The translations under genes and the position numbers were made by a program. The notes beneath the pieces are model-generated. The model was not told where the DNA came from and made no database searches. It saw nothing but the letters and a program-made list of their open reading frames with translations. From Hormoscilla sp. (GTDB lineage: Bacteria > Cyanobacteriota > Cyanobacteriia > Cyanobacteriales > Desertifilaceae), in NCBI GenBank assembly GCA_051439505.1, contig JBFRWI010000151.1, forward strand, positions 1 through 64,000: a stretch of DNA of 64,000 nucleotides. Reading direction: 5' to 3'. Below are positions 53,101-60,302 of the stretch, piece by piece; positions within the stretch are counted from its first letter, which is position 1; each line of letters opens with the position of its first letter.

Positions 53101-54245
53101 GCGATCGCCTGCTTTCTGTAGCCAATGGCGCGGTAGATGTAGCCACGGCCAGTCACACCTTGGGGCGGGATGCATCATTAGGAGTGGACTTTAGCCCGGC
53201 CTATCTGTACACGGAACTTGGGGTACTGGTGCGCACCGAGTTGGCAATTAGTTCCACCGCAGGACTGAATGGTTTGACGATCGGCTTCGTAGAAACCGAT
53301 GACGTGACGACATTAAGGGAGAGTTTGGAGCAGCTCAATGTTAGCTTTGCAGAGCGGATGTTTGAGAGTGACGATGCCCTATTTGCCGCCTATGACAATA
53401 GCGAGATCGATGCCGTTGCTCAAGATGCAACTGCTCTAGCAGCTCGCATACCCACTCTGAGCGAGCCCGACGCGCACCAACTGTTCGATGATGAATTTAT
53501 TGCCAAAATGCCCTTGGCACTGGCAACGGATGAAAATCAATCGGCATGGGCTGACGTGGTGCGTTGGGTGGTCTATACTCTGGTGAAAGCCGAAGAGTTG
53601 GGCATTACTGCAGACAATGTTGACCAATTGCTTACCTCCGACAATGTTTCCGACGAAGTGAGCTCCTTCTTGGGTATTACGGGAGATGCGGGAGCAGCAC
53701 TGGGTTTGAGCAACGACTTTGCCGCCAACATTATCCGCACGGTGGGCAATTATGCCGAGATTTACAACCGCCACTTTGACTCCTCCATCCTGCGGCGCGA
53801 TCGCAATGAGTCCTTCGAGGAGTTCGGGGTGCAAATTGCTCCTGCAACTAGCGATGCATCTTCGTCAGCTCCAGGAGATATTATCCTAGACATTGACGGC
53901 AATGGGGTTGTAGGTGCCTTCAGCGACGGTGTTTTAGCTTTGCGTTATCTGGACGGGGAAACTGGTGACGCTCTCATTGATGGGGCGATCGCGCCTGATG
54001 CTGCTCGCAATGCTGACGAGATTATCGACTACCTAAACTCGATACGGGATACGGTACTAGATGTGGACGGTAACGGTATGGCAGAGGGCCCGACAGATGG
54101 CATTCTGTTCTTCCGCTATCTGACAGGTCTCACAGGTGATGCTCTGATTGATGGGGCGATCGGTCTTGGTGCCACCCGCACCGCTGCGGATGATATTATC
54201 GCCCACTTGGAATCCTTCATTATGCCCACTCTGAACGACATCTGA
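35145..54245 (+). CDS. Giant (6366 aa) acidic surface/RTX-type protein: EEIGH N-domain, beta-helix/choice-of-anchor Q, ~6 LamG, Calx-beta, FG-GAP, RTX, two amino-acid solute-binding domains, dockerin-like tail
   Basis: Uninterrupted 19.1-kb ORF; motifs SLREAL, GGGI repeats, FDGSIDEVRIW, FVDIDGDGDEDAF, GGxGxD nonapeptides, GFDVDLGKALAAAVFGD, LD(I/V)DGNG...DG.L..RYL. Confidence 0.9.
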   Translation: MSMNANISLETSAANLNRAISETQALLKAFVRDDRFRVEDLTNAFHAGVHEEEFSQLLGQFELGDFSGLPNIEMRSRSDTGGALGVYVADTDMIYLAEDFLENSTISQIVEVLLEEIGHAIDARINATDSAGDEGAIFSALVRGVDLSEAQLEALHRENDRIQLVIDGQTVMAEAATIMVDTLNDTEDSGDGVTSLREALASATSGDTITFDSGGTITLGGSQLEITKDVTIDGDIDNEGTPDITIDADGQSRVFNIDDGSTTQIAVSLEGLTITGGSISGNDDGGGIYNSESLSITNSTISNNSTGTGNNPRGGGINNNSGIVVITNSTISGNSAGADGGGIENFLGTMTIANSTISNNSAAGYDGGGIDNIVGTMTIANSTISGNSAGDDGGGVKNSGMITITNSTISGNSAGDDGGGVNVSSSGLSGFIPYAYLASTIVADNTAGISDNDLFVDASGTISARNSLIERDSDQINGTNTDNITGVDPLLDPNGLQDNGGSTETIALQSDSPAIDTGSNPNGLTSDQRGDNLREFGAGVDIGAFEYQLQIASISDYTATIYETSADFGKALALDGDEDYVALPELGFSGGNTSVSVSAWFKVNESAGERNNIFGFGQDGSTRETFSIRTRGDGGFRFYFWGDDLDVDVDPYYGEWTHVAATYDDTSEMQSVYVNGSLAGERQVSSTPNFANKSYRIGGFNDEYFDGSIDEVRIWEAALTAEEIQDNLYSPLTGTEKDLVAYYSFEDDATTIADQSGNENNGTLQGGAFDESLSFIGYVDLELSSEVFSEPGIIVNYTIESDTASEGDDFYQSQLDISTTDGVDPTNSIFIPQGEDTGRIYLTALPDAIAEDDEELTLRLVSDFDDALSLDGDGDYVDVPDGTWFNGDLTIEAWVYVRNYNNWSRLLDFGNGRADDNVLVALSNGTSGQPRFGVHLGDDPSNLESPVQLPLDSWSHIAVTLSNTTGIMYINGEQVAINEAMNIPAGETRTQNYLGRSNWSSDADADALFDDVRIWDVARTEEEIKANRYNTLVGDEDNLVAYYRFDDGYVSIATTEDATVEDVTGNGNDGKFRGDATITADNSDRNNVLTLDGDGDYIELPNLELSGDTSVSVSAWINVNAGAEDRNNIFGFGNAGENGEVFSIRTRGDGSFRFYFWADDLDVNVNDYYGTWTHVAATYDATSGMQSVYVNGSLVGEPRVATPDFANDNYRIGGFNDEYFDGSLDDVGIWNKALNSEEIDDIINNNITEDGLLAYYDFDKYRVQDATGNGNDGIFYGGVTEESVYNDPFSIDGEGPTYEVDSAQSATITIADSNAYTPGVIVADLFNDEISSDQTENLINIIDDSWEFQVKLASEPTEDVTIDLSTTLGNLDTNSLTFTSDDWTRYQTVTVTNFSSEAAFDLSVTATSNDANYSSAETIAITPTDEVLKLAVTEGGTTQEAPIIPVGVDGTSNAIEDSDEPGIFTITLGDEAPEEGLRIPFSVTSDTDTDFEVVGDEFSLNEAFTFDGVDDYIEFSDSSVGGAFDGGSSAFSITGWINPDALGSTVLANASSSAAGNIELGIDASGNLNLTLDTDADTDTTLNLGNGAIAAGDWQFFGLTLDDSNNGLELDGIDDYVELNPIPATIAAGEALTIEHWIKPDATDAQILFYTGDNTDENGFNGNGSHLHTGINSGGSFTFVYDDDDNDLILIADTSLNAGQWYHLAVSFELGSSDADGELKMYIDGEQVTFEGGQSSLAINSLATTNLDFSRFGRPGSSERYFDGEVDELRVWNVVRTASEIENNRFVSLTGNEPGLVTYYTFDERDDGTIADGSGNGNDGTIEGSPSFAPSLGTVTAYINQPDESNNALELDGIDDYVELNPIPATIAAGEALTIEHWVKPDATDAQILFYTGDDTDENGFNGPGSHLHTGINNGGSFTFVYDDDDNDHILIADTSLNAGQWYHLAASFELGSDDEDGELKMYIDGEQVTFNGGQSSLAIDSSATTALNFSRFGRPGSSERYFGGEVDELRVWNVVRTASEIQNNRFLSLTGNESGLVTYYTFDESNNGTIADGSGNGNDGTLQGAPSFAPSLLRNRVTADEETTSGSSLADPGDTPFTIGASLNNSSFFDGAIDNLAIWDRALTQEEVESLTYQTLTGAEDNLVFYSDGETLQGDATLVTSSLEDSGFSQNIVEFAPGETTAEVGILPINGDDIDSNTNDDITLTLEGSNSVLYELTTSSAEIQLEEDDEVGIIFATLTEQGILDDRAIADLIDIELLTFNSSDDGTTATANFRVRLTEDPTAEVTVTITDGNGTDSTSFTFDSTNWDDYQQTDTNSNLDLTFDSSYLVNVSASSTDTSDTTYNINAMSLPLTVAEQATEISELFTKEADVTVTTTTIDIEFADATDLTVTADSLDTVNLQISASASFTSATLIEGQTLEFDGGVELIVEENTDITNAPTPVNVSVSTGGTIATTDVAAEIPLIATIELEFADATDLTVTAGSVETVNLQIMANSSLTSATLTQGQTLVFDGGVELIVTEDTDITDAPTPVNVYVSTSGTIATTDAASITTTEETITTTSTYSTTFAVGLQSEPTSDVTFDLEINDAGTNEGIFDSDTTTRSLTFTPDNWDSYQEVTLYGVEDHEVDGDQTYSISVTNVSNNDGPYESETGTLSVTNEDIDEAVEELDSDESSLISGDIVASFTQSKVEVNEDGTVDTTFTVSLSEEAPAGGLIVNFEFVEGLGTATLGEDTQVLFSLASVDNFLGEVEVSPEFGAQPVFVDIDGDGDEDAFIGSSKDNGGVTFFQNQGTRDIPSFEEISNGEANEITGDLISLTASSGALAFVDLDGNGVFDALTSEADPADAIDAIDAIAENLGNLRIPMFVDSSTSNNSLENIIGNSSTSSDIPPVPAFVDIDDDGDEDLFITLVEQDTEKIVYYINDGSTDDPFGSATSNDFNDLLADGQAAISSEIEGKSIVFEDIDNDGDFDAFIGKNSGEIVYYENVPDEEGMAEFQLKTEESFLLRNVNIGSTSRLAFTDIDSDGDVDAFVGSGEGYVTFYEGGIGQILIPEEATEVTVDLNELIIDDAIAENTETFDIELLAHIGKATLRVVRNYNPTDGTIGLQLTDEDNALASTSYTIPAGSHLSFTVGGEIVTIAPVSDVTLTQDTQFDIEVTVSEGDATSLSANSSNPITTVFDVTDYEVDETAKTLSVTILDDDEALVNISETSFTTSENGTTSSSFTVTLDSEPTEPVTVYLGTNDTSEGLLAQTVDLQITEAYDSSTGEIGLRIDNSGIYGLVFDAGSTLVFGDGSTATVSETTIVYNSDEGADVPITGDSADLTNIASLAEEDDTGSLVGELDVTGSLVGELVELGFDATNWDEAQTVTIIAQDDDVEDGDISYEIRSTVVSADIKYHEDTVPLEVLAYDASTATVTVQIDSLRVRETTLAAGTSLKFANGTIATVDSDSAVELSNTSSTEVSLTLDTAALGAGAVSTGLVSNADSDNVSAEVRVTQAYDPNTGTIGLELVDPGNLRLEYDAGTTIIFENGATITLDDAVSVRSTNEKLVSVTLNASNVTIPVGETTRFTESISSDITVTNSDDDTAGVTIAINGDALAEGVENNFFSVVLNSEPTGEVNLILSPSDNEIQLEDEFDGTRYTATFDETNWNIPQTIEVTAVDDFEIEYNHSSTITFDLESDDDFYNEDSLVADKEVQIFIEDNDFPVANVEAVAGAIEANAPGYFAITLNQAVSDDFDSTGIVVNYRISGTADADGDETNETDDLQPISGSARIAPGQRSSPLIAFPIDDFKVEGVDLIVNSAATITSGGGAIELEIDVFPFMGSYTAGADTIELQLDTSSDDEVKTILSGGTTLILPNGEVTVATTAIVSNQESTIVELSETDSNSFSDSSVYQQIDLPAGTELKLGDRTVSVREDATVTNESSTSVTVEFADDLTDALDVADGDTTQLQGEIVTVTLDSGDNYEIGDADSASMTIQDNDKPGVRIVEIGGVTTVEEGASSGSEFFVSLLSQPESEVELTLSNSTSNSANLNVLSYDGSNIALQVADTEDISALTLPVDATLTFFDSSGSELGTGTIDNEFFVDDTDEGTTDEATETLTTSDDLSTASTATYSYTEFSFPEGNDNDSDDINEEITLTFDSTNWYELQSVTVFGEDDNVVETGDFHTSNIEYSATGDPTYANLTIADQSIRIIDRVLEKEQTIEALAEGFLAVQDTLDNLELPIVGQMGVFGIFDEFLNELVDALEAQEYITADVLAETIGDTITAQLGVDELTVEVTDLSDTNVALLLSYEDTLEEAIALDTDLGLPALGLGIETSGDLELTLDYDLDLAFGINSDDGFYLDIYSEETDEDNDGETDNVGTSLTANASLALSNEFTATGNMAFLQVDFANGLDSGNSTSGTNISAEIDASFQNPNNANDKTLTLSELTDLRGTSNIFDFLQYELDGSAAIDFLVTTSVEGDTQFPSLSFNLESELNPLFNAANNSETSTLSEFTIDFTEIQMDFGEFIYNMVGPIITDVNDFLDESGLVDVIEFLTEEISLIETLDLVDDFDRDDDGGVNVLELALTIVEATSDLEDPKYQEFFDAVLLIADTADLIVDTLENFENEGAILLNFGEYSFDFNAADSNNDTSSLDPEEEQKEEDTLNDTALSTAEDDLENSTENDSLFEVFDKMDELGISFPLLEDPFTIINLFFGQDVDLVTYDVPELDLEFPLSAEFPIFTGINGVLEGSLAVSSDLEVGFDTFGFSQWEETGFDIEDSYLILDGIYLNDLDDEGEDVPELELNATIAAGVEVNAVVASVKATGGLEGSAELDVVDEGQYTGQSDGKFRISELVNGLSNPLSLLELSGELAAFLRLVVKVGIDVGLFEVTKKVLDEELARVTLFEFTLGGDTTSGDSSGSYIADGTVFFDGNFNQKLDPTEPFTTTDAYGHYVLEIPPSFDLNSDGVIDEIDGQLVSRGGVDSSSGVSAGTLIALPGSTIISPLTSLKAELYQLDLDPDAAETLVLNQLGLEGIIDLDSFDALEAVGSNEELGLDTYLNHVKIQALFNNARGFLHGLQQADPTLAVDGNNLQNVLEAVAQFFIDRPATEPWDLNDMAEVRPFFQFLVDRNEVSATAAQIDAITQIVTDSNSFLDEATAVAQPLGLTSTIPVIASVKRVMQGDLPAIARQLGNGNFTPPDALAEFDSTINQNYVLVDADINAFGNRSVDITVDADSVNENEGAIAQFSINLSDPAPNQGLNLFYAIDGTASEGQDYDLPGTGTGQLFVAPDETQVTIDVTILDDNASKGLEALTLTLVTVGEGYLIDPLGSSATLRIIDDEPPLEESLLDLSDVIEGTIGNDNLTGTEDSDWLDGKEGNDEIAGEGSSDLIFGGYGLDILSGGDGNDVILGHYGDDSLFGEAGDDELRGGSGGDFLDGGPDNDIINGLEGPDRLFGRSGADRLIGGQAIDLLDGGFDNDILEGGSGADLIIGGPGDDLFIGGDDNDLFVLNLPNQGFDRIFDFDPDEGDVIYIVDSSSTVTLDQLRFVNGILDLNGENLALIQNEDQTYAFFPNLEGIIQIVSELPPVPTNPGGPGGPGQGGPGQGGPGLQPQVADKVVTEGLADDPADLSQDLLTQILDRGWVRVAITEFTNGYNRELASGLAAALFGDPTAIEFAILPETEILAAVASGHVDISYELFTPTLESDAAEGIDFGPNVFYNSQVILFKPDAGITDAFDLEGKNMGIVRDSAGLRELNQLLSDNSINANPIFFDSLDDLVRAYDDGEVDAIVQDYESLRRFNTFSNANSFNFLDLDLAVEPKAPVIAENQSPWADVVRWVSQVPSQAEELDIFSRNLERFVSNSTDDRIRRFLGNSGNLGEQLGVRSDFAFQVLDAVGNAEDLFIDRFDIRHRNRNHLWINDGLVYGAPFSDTDQTGELLDNDSRDVLAEVRARGRVNFGIVGDRVGFSAEANGELTGFDVDLGKALAAAVFGDATAVEFIEQGVNSGDRLLSVANGAVDVATASHTLGRDASLGVDFSPAYLYTELGVLVRTELAISSTAGLNGLTIGFVETDDVTTLRESLEQLNVSFAERMFESDDALFAAYDNSEIDAVAQDATALAARIPTLSEPDAHQLFDDEFIAKMPLALATDENQSAWADVVRWVVYTLVKAEELGITADNVDQLLTSDNVSDEVSSFLGITGDAGAALGLSNDFAANIIRTVGNYAEIYNRHFDSSILRRDRNESFEEFGVQIAPATSDASSSAPGDIILDIDGNGVVGAFSDGVLALRYLDGETGDALIDGAIAPDAARNADEIIDYLNSIRDTVLDVDGNGMAEGPTDGILFFRYLTGLTGDALIDGAIGLGATRTAADDIIAHLESFIMPTLNDI
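39951..41362 (+). repeat. Near-identical intragenic duplication of a LamG module, period 723 nt
   Basis: 39951-40639 aligns with 40674-41362. Confidence 0.92.
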
Positions 54246-54367
54246 TTGAGAAAAAGGCGTTGGGCGATCGCGCAAGACGATGCCTATCGTGGCAGCAAGC
54301 GATCGCCCCCCGATACTTCGTAGGTTTTGCAAGAGGCAGGGGGCAGGAGATTGCTTCGGGGGGGGGT

Positions 54368-54591
54368 CTGGTCTCCAACAAGGTCTCCAGCAAGGTCTCC
54401 AGCAAGGTCTCATGAGGGAACGCCAGTACATGATCGAAAGTATCCTGCCCATGGGCTTTGGCGCGATCGATCGGCAACTGGAAGCAATTATCCCGCCATT
54501 ATTAGCATTATCGGCAGCATAATTTCTCCCAATACTGCTGGAATTATCTCGTGAAGAATTGTTGGCGAGGTTTGGAGAATTAAACGGTTAG
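54368..54591 (+). pseudogene. C-terminal relic of an Rpn/DUF4351-like protein
   Basis: GLQQ x3 (12-bp tandem) then MIESIL..GFGAID.QLEAII.PLLAL, in-frame stop at 54520, then FLPILLELSREELLARF; no 5' part. Confidence 0.65.
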
Positions 54592-54649
54592 TGGTTAGAA
54601 TAATTGACAACGGGCAGCTCTTGTCGCCCGCCCTACGTTTCGGACAAAA

Positions 54650-57331
54650 TTATTTGGTTTTCATCGTGTGGACGCCATCCCAGTAGGGTGGCGGTGGGTC
54701 GTTCAGGTAAGCATGCGATCGCTCGATATGCACGTCTATAGCTCGATCCTTTGGTTGCAGGTTCTTCGCTTGCTGGAAGTAGTGAATTGCCTGTTGGAAA
54801 TTCCTGGAAATGTAGGCGGCACGCCCCAATTTATACAGTTCTAAATATGACTGGGTCACATCATCTAATGCTTCTTGTTTGTAGCCAATTACTTCGTAGA
54901 TATTGACCGCTTCGTTTTTGCCCTTGACCCGAATTTTGTCTAGTTCCCGCACCCAGATGCGATCGCGGCAGTAATTGTAAGTAAATTCGCTGATAATCAG
55001 GTCGCAACCATATTCCTTAGTAACCCCTTCCAGACGGGAACTGAGGTTAACACCATCTCCAATCACGGTATAATCCATCCGTTTTTGGGAGCCAATATTT
55101 CCCGATACCACTTCCCCAGAACTGATGCCCATCCCAATGCGAATTTGGGGCTGGTTTTCCATAAATCTGCGCGCGTTAAATGCTTTCAGACGCTGGCGCA
55201 TATCCAGGGCCGATTGCACTGCCATCCAGGCATGATTCTCTACTGGCAGGGGAGCCCCAAATACGGCCATCAAGGCGTCGCCAATAAATTTATCTAGGGT
55301 GCCTTTGTAATTAAACACCGCCTCCACCATTGTCTCGAAATATTGATTCAGCAGCATTACCACTTCTTGGGCTTCCATATTCTCTGTTAAAGTGGTGTAG
55401 CCGCGAATATCAGAAAATAAAATCGTCACGTCTTTGCGTTCCCCCACCATTAATGAGTCTTCACCCAGGGCCATCACTTGCTCCACTACCCCCGGGTTCA
55501 TGTAGCGATACATGGTGGTTTTCATCCGTTTTTCCTGGCTGATATCTTCCAGCACTATTAAACCACCTCGCACCGCCCCGTCGGGATTTGTCAAAGGGTT
55601 GACCGTCAGATTGATGCTGCGATCGATCTTTTCTACTTCTGAAGCTGGCAATGTCTCCACAATGGGGGAAAGGTCTGGGATATAATTTTCAGAATCACTT
55701 ATATTCGACAAGGAAATGCTATTATTTTTCTCAGCCGTCTGGTGAGATTTTTTCCCATTGCTATCAACTCGCTCGTTCCAGGGAATGTATACATCTGTTA
55801 AGGTGCGATCGGGAATTACCAGGATATAGATGCCGCGATCGTCATCAGGTTCCATCTGAGGCTGTGATAAATTATTTTCGCTGACTCCCTTGAGCTGATA
55901 GATACCAACTGTCAAGCTTTGCTCGGGAACATATTGTTTCGTGCCGTGTTTGAGACTATCTTCCAATCGCATTTGCAGATTTTCCACTGGCACCACTTCC
56001 CAGACCTGGCGACCCAACAGCTTCTGTTCCCACAACCCGATATTTATTTTGCCCGCTGCTTTCTTCACCGGGCAACCCAGTAACTCCAACGCTGCTTCAT
56101 TCAGGGTAACAATTCGACCTTCCATATCCGTGGATATTACCGCATCTGATAAACTTTCCAGAATGTCTTTCTGATATTGTTTCTCTAACAGGACACTTTC
56201 AAACAGCTTGGCATTTTCCAGGGCCATTCCTGCCTGGATGTTAAATGCCTGCATGAATTCTTCATCCGAACTGGTAAAGCTGCCCTGTTTCTTATTGATC
56301 AGTTGGGTTACCCCGATCAATTCCCCCGCTGAATTAAACACGGGCATGCAGAGGATATTGCGGGTATTGTAGCCACTTTTTTTGTCCGTACTGGGGTCAA
56401 ACCGGGGGTCTTCATAGGCGTTGGGAATGTTCAGGGGTTCACCTGTGGAGGCCACATAGCCAGCAATGCCTTTATTGGCGGGAATGCGAATTTCTAGGAG
56501 TTTTCGACCGTCCGCTGTGGCTATTTTGGTCCACAGTTCCCCCGCGTCTTTGCGCAGCATAAATAGGGTACTACGATCGGCCTGCATCAGATCTCTTGCT
56601 TGGGCCATTACAGACTGGAGTGTCGCTTGCACGTCCAGACTCTGACCCAGGGTTTTCGTCGCCTGCAACAGTGCTGCTGCTCCCCGCTGATTCCGCGCCG
56701 CCATGTAGAATGATTGACAGGTTTCCAGGATGATGCCGATCGAGGAGGCAAACTCCCGGAAGCTTTGTTCGTCGGCGCTGCTAAATCCTGCACCCCCGGC
56801 CTTATTCGACAACTGCACTACTGCCACTACCTGATTTTTGCTACTCGTTATCGGCATGCACAGCAGGTTCCGGGTATGGTAGCCTGTTTGCTTGTCCAGT
56901 TCTTTGTTGAATAGGGGATGTCCGCTAGCGTTACTGATGTTAAGATATTTGCCTGTAGTTGCGACTTGACCCGCAATCCCAACGTTCAGAGGAATCCTGA
57001 TTTCTAATGGCTTTTGAGAGTCTGTTTGGCTGATTTTCGACCAGAGTTGGCCTTTTTCGGCATCAACCAGAAAGATCGTGGTGCGGTCTGCTTCCAGTAT
57101 TTGACCTATCTTTAAGGTCAGTGCATCCATTATTTGCTCTAGCATACTTTCTAGAGCTTCGTTATTGATCAGGTCGATCGCCCGCAGGAATTGCTGGAAT
57201 TCTGCGGTGATGAAGTCCAGCAAGCAGACAAATTCTGGCACTGGCAGGTCTTTGACGCGCTGCGTCAATGCTCCCATCATATTGACTTGAGCTAATGAAG
57301 CTAGTACGCTGCCAGTGTTCGGTAGTGCCAT
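54650..57331 (-). CDS. cyaB: GAF-GAF-PAS adenylate cyclase, CyaB1-like
   Basis: Two GAF domains with NK..F...DE motifs, PAS, class III cyclase (FSDIRGYT, DKFIGDA, GDGVNLSSRLE), TPR-like tail; ATG at 57331 preferred. Confidence 0.92.
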   Translation of the reverse strand: MALPNTGSVLASLAQVNMMGALTQRVKDLPVPEFVCLLDFITAEFQQFLRAIDLINNEALESMLEQIMDALTLKIGQILEADRTTIFLVDAEKGQLWSKISQTDSQKPLEIRIPLNVGIAGQVATTGKYLNISNASGHPLFNKELDKQTGYHTRNLLCMPITSSKNQVVAVVQLSNKAGGAGFSSADEQSFREFASSIGIILETCQSFYMAARNQRGAAALLQATKTLGQSLDVQATLQSVMAQARDLMQADRSTLFMLRKDAGELWTKIATADGRKLLEIRIPANKGIAGYVASTGEPLNIPNAYEDPRFDPSTDKKSGYNTRNILCMPVFNSAGELIGVTQLINKKQGSFTSSDEEFMQAFNIQAGMALENAKLFESVLLEKQYQKDILESLSDAVISTDMEGRIVTLNEAALELLGCPVKKAAGKINIGLWEQKLLGRQVWEVVPVENLQMRLEDSLKHGTKQYVPEQSLTVGIYQLKGVSENNLSQPQMEPDDDRGIYILVIPDRTLTDVYIPWNERVDSNGKKSHQTAEKNNSISLSNISDSENYIPDLSPIVETLPASEVEKIDRSINLTVNPLTNPDGAVRGGLIVLEDISQEKRMKTTMYRYMNPGVVEQVMALGEDSLMVGERKDVTILFSDIRGYTTLTENMEAQEVVMLLNQYFETMVEAVFNYKGTLDKFIGDALMAVFGAPLPVENHAWMAVQSALDMRQRLKAFNARRFMENQPQIRIGMGISSGEVVSGNIGSQKRMDYTVIGDGVNLSSRLEGVTKEYGCDLIISEFTYNYCRDRIWVRELDKIRVKGKNEAVNIYEVIGYKQEALDDVTQSYLELYKLGRAAYISRNFQQAIHYFQQAKNLQPKDRAIDVHIERSHAYLNDPPPPYWDGVHTMKTK

Positions 57332-57580
57332 GAGGATGCGGGAGAGGGTTTTATGCTTGCGCTCCTGGTGGGTATACCTGACTATCTCGTTAACGCGCAT
57401 GCATGTTAACTGGCGATGCTAGTAATAAGAGGAAACCTACTACTGCTGATGCTCTGATTTTAAGGTTCACTCCATAGTCGATCCACCAGTGAGAACCTGG
57501 AAGGCGCCATCAATTTCACCAATGTATCCCACCATTACCTTACCTGCAAGTAATCTGAGACACAAATAGCTGCAAATATT

Positions 57581-58708
57581 TTAGGCTGCTATTACCTGCG
57601 GCGTCATTATCCCTTGGTAGTATCGGCGCAGCTGCCTGGTGGCTGCCTGCCAACCCCAGCGTTCTGCTTCGGCCCGGGCATTGCGCCGCAGAGTAACTCG
57701 AAGTTCGCTATTTTCTAGGAGACGCACTGTGGCCGCGATCGCCCCTTCTTCGTCCGTGGGATCGAATAGATAACCGTTGACCTCATCGGTGACAATATCA
57801 ATTATCCCGCCAGTCCCGGCGGCGACCACTGGACACCCAGCTGCCATGGCTTCTAATAGCACTAATCCTAAGGTTTCCGTGCGGGAGGGAAAGATAAAGG
57901 CGTCTGCGGATGCAAAGGCCGATGCTAGTTCTACGCCGTGGAGATAACCGACGAAATGGGTGGGCGTATCGGCAAAATGGGCTTCCAGGGCCGCGCGATG
58001 GGGGCCATCTCCGACTAAGGCCAGTCTGGCGTTAGGAATTGCTTCTAAGACTGGTTTTATCCGATCGATTTCTTTTTCCGCACCCAGACGCCCTACATAT
58101 AGTAGTAAGGGACTTTCGGGATGTCCTTGAGTCAGACGCCATCGCATTTCTGGCGATGCCAATTCGGGATCGAACAATTCTGTATCCACGCCCCGCTGCC
58201 ATAGGTCTACTCTTTCTATCCCGTGCGATCGCAGTTCCGATACCATTGCCGTTGAGGTACATAAATTCAAAGCCGCTTGATTATGGGCCCCTTTGAGCAT
58301 TTCCCAGAGCACTGGTTCTAGCATTCCCAATCCATAATGCTGTAAATATTTTGGGAGATGGGTATGGTAGGATGCTACCAGGGGAATATTCATAGTCTTG
58401 GCATAATATATCCCGCCCAATCCCAATATTGCTGGGTTGGCTACATGCACGATATCTGGCTGGAACTTCTCCAGAACTTCGCCTATTTCTGGGCGCGGAA
58501 ACGCCATTTTCAACTCCGGATACCAGGGTAGGGGCATCCAGGATAATCCATGGATTTGGGCCCCTTTGTATTCCGTCAGCCCTCCCTCTGGGCAGAGGAT
58601 CAGTACCCGATCGCCGTTACGTTGTAAGTGGTCTATTGTATGACGCAGGCGCGTCACTATGCCGTCTACTTTGGGCAGAAATGTTTCAGTAAAAAGAGCG
58701 ATGCGCAT
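57581..58708 (-). CDS. sqdX: Sulfoquinovosyltransferase (GT4)
   Basis: MRIALFTETFLPKVDGIV, ETLGLVLLEAMA; directly downstream of sqdB. Confidence 0.92.
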   Translation of the reverse strand: MRIALFTETFLPKVDGIVTRLRHTIDHLQRNGDRVLILCPEGGLTEYKGAQIHGLSWMPLPWYPELKMAFPRPEIGEVLEKFQPDIVHVANPAILGLGGIYYAKTMNIPLVASYHTHLPKYLQHYGLGMLEPVLWEMLKGAHNQAALNLCTSTAMVSELRSHGIERVDLWQRGVDTELFDPELASPEMRWRLTQGHPESPLLLYVGRLGAEKEIDRIKPVLEAIPNARLALVGDGPHRAALEAHFADTPTHFVGYLHGVELASAFASADAFIFPSRTETLGLVLLEAMAAGCPVVAAGTGGIIDIVTDEVNGYLFDPTDEEGAIAATVRLLENSELRVTLRRNARAEAERWGWQAATRQLRRYYQGIMTPQVIAA

Positions 58709-58778
58709 ATTTTTTTCTAGGTCATTAAAGATTTGGTCATTTATCAGTTACCCAGGACAAATGACCAAATACAAAGGA

Positions 58779-59942
<1,164 letters not shown>

Positions 59943-60302
59943 TTAATCTTGCTTGCCAATCTTCGGTCAATTTAGCAGGTTTGCGTCACCTTTGGGAAAA
60001 CTTGCTTTTCCTTATATAGCATAAATGCCTATTTGATTTGGCAGCTTCTCTTTTCTGCAACTGCAACAGTCGTACCGGCGTCCTTCTTTTTCTGCAAACC
60101 ACCGGCGATCTATCTGGTTGCCACCGGCGATCGGCGATTGACAACCGGCAATAGCAGGATTTTGACCGGTGGTGGGATTATTCCTACCGTCGGGTTTGGT
60201 GGGGACTCGGTGAGTAAAACTTCATGGGGGCGATCGCATTTATTCGGTGCGGGCAAATTCCCATGATTATTACAATTATTCCATTTTACGAATTTTTATA
60301 CT

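Noticed and set aside
35169..53834. Many short antisense or alternate-frame ORFs inside the giant gene
   Set aside because: Shadow ORFs expected from codon bias of a long acidic protein; no motifs
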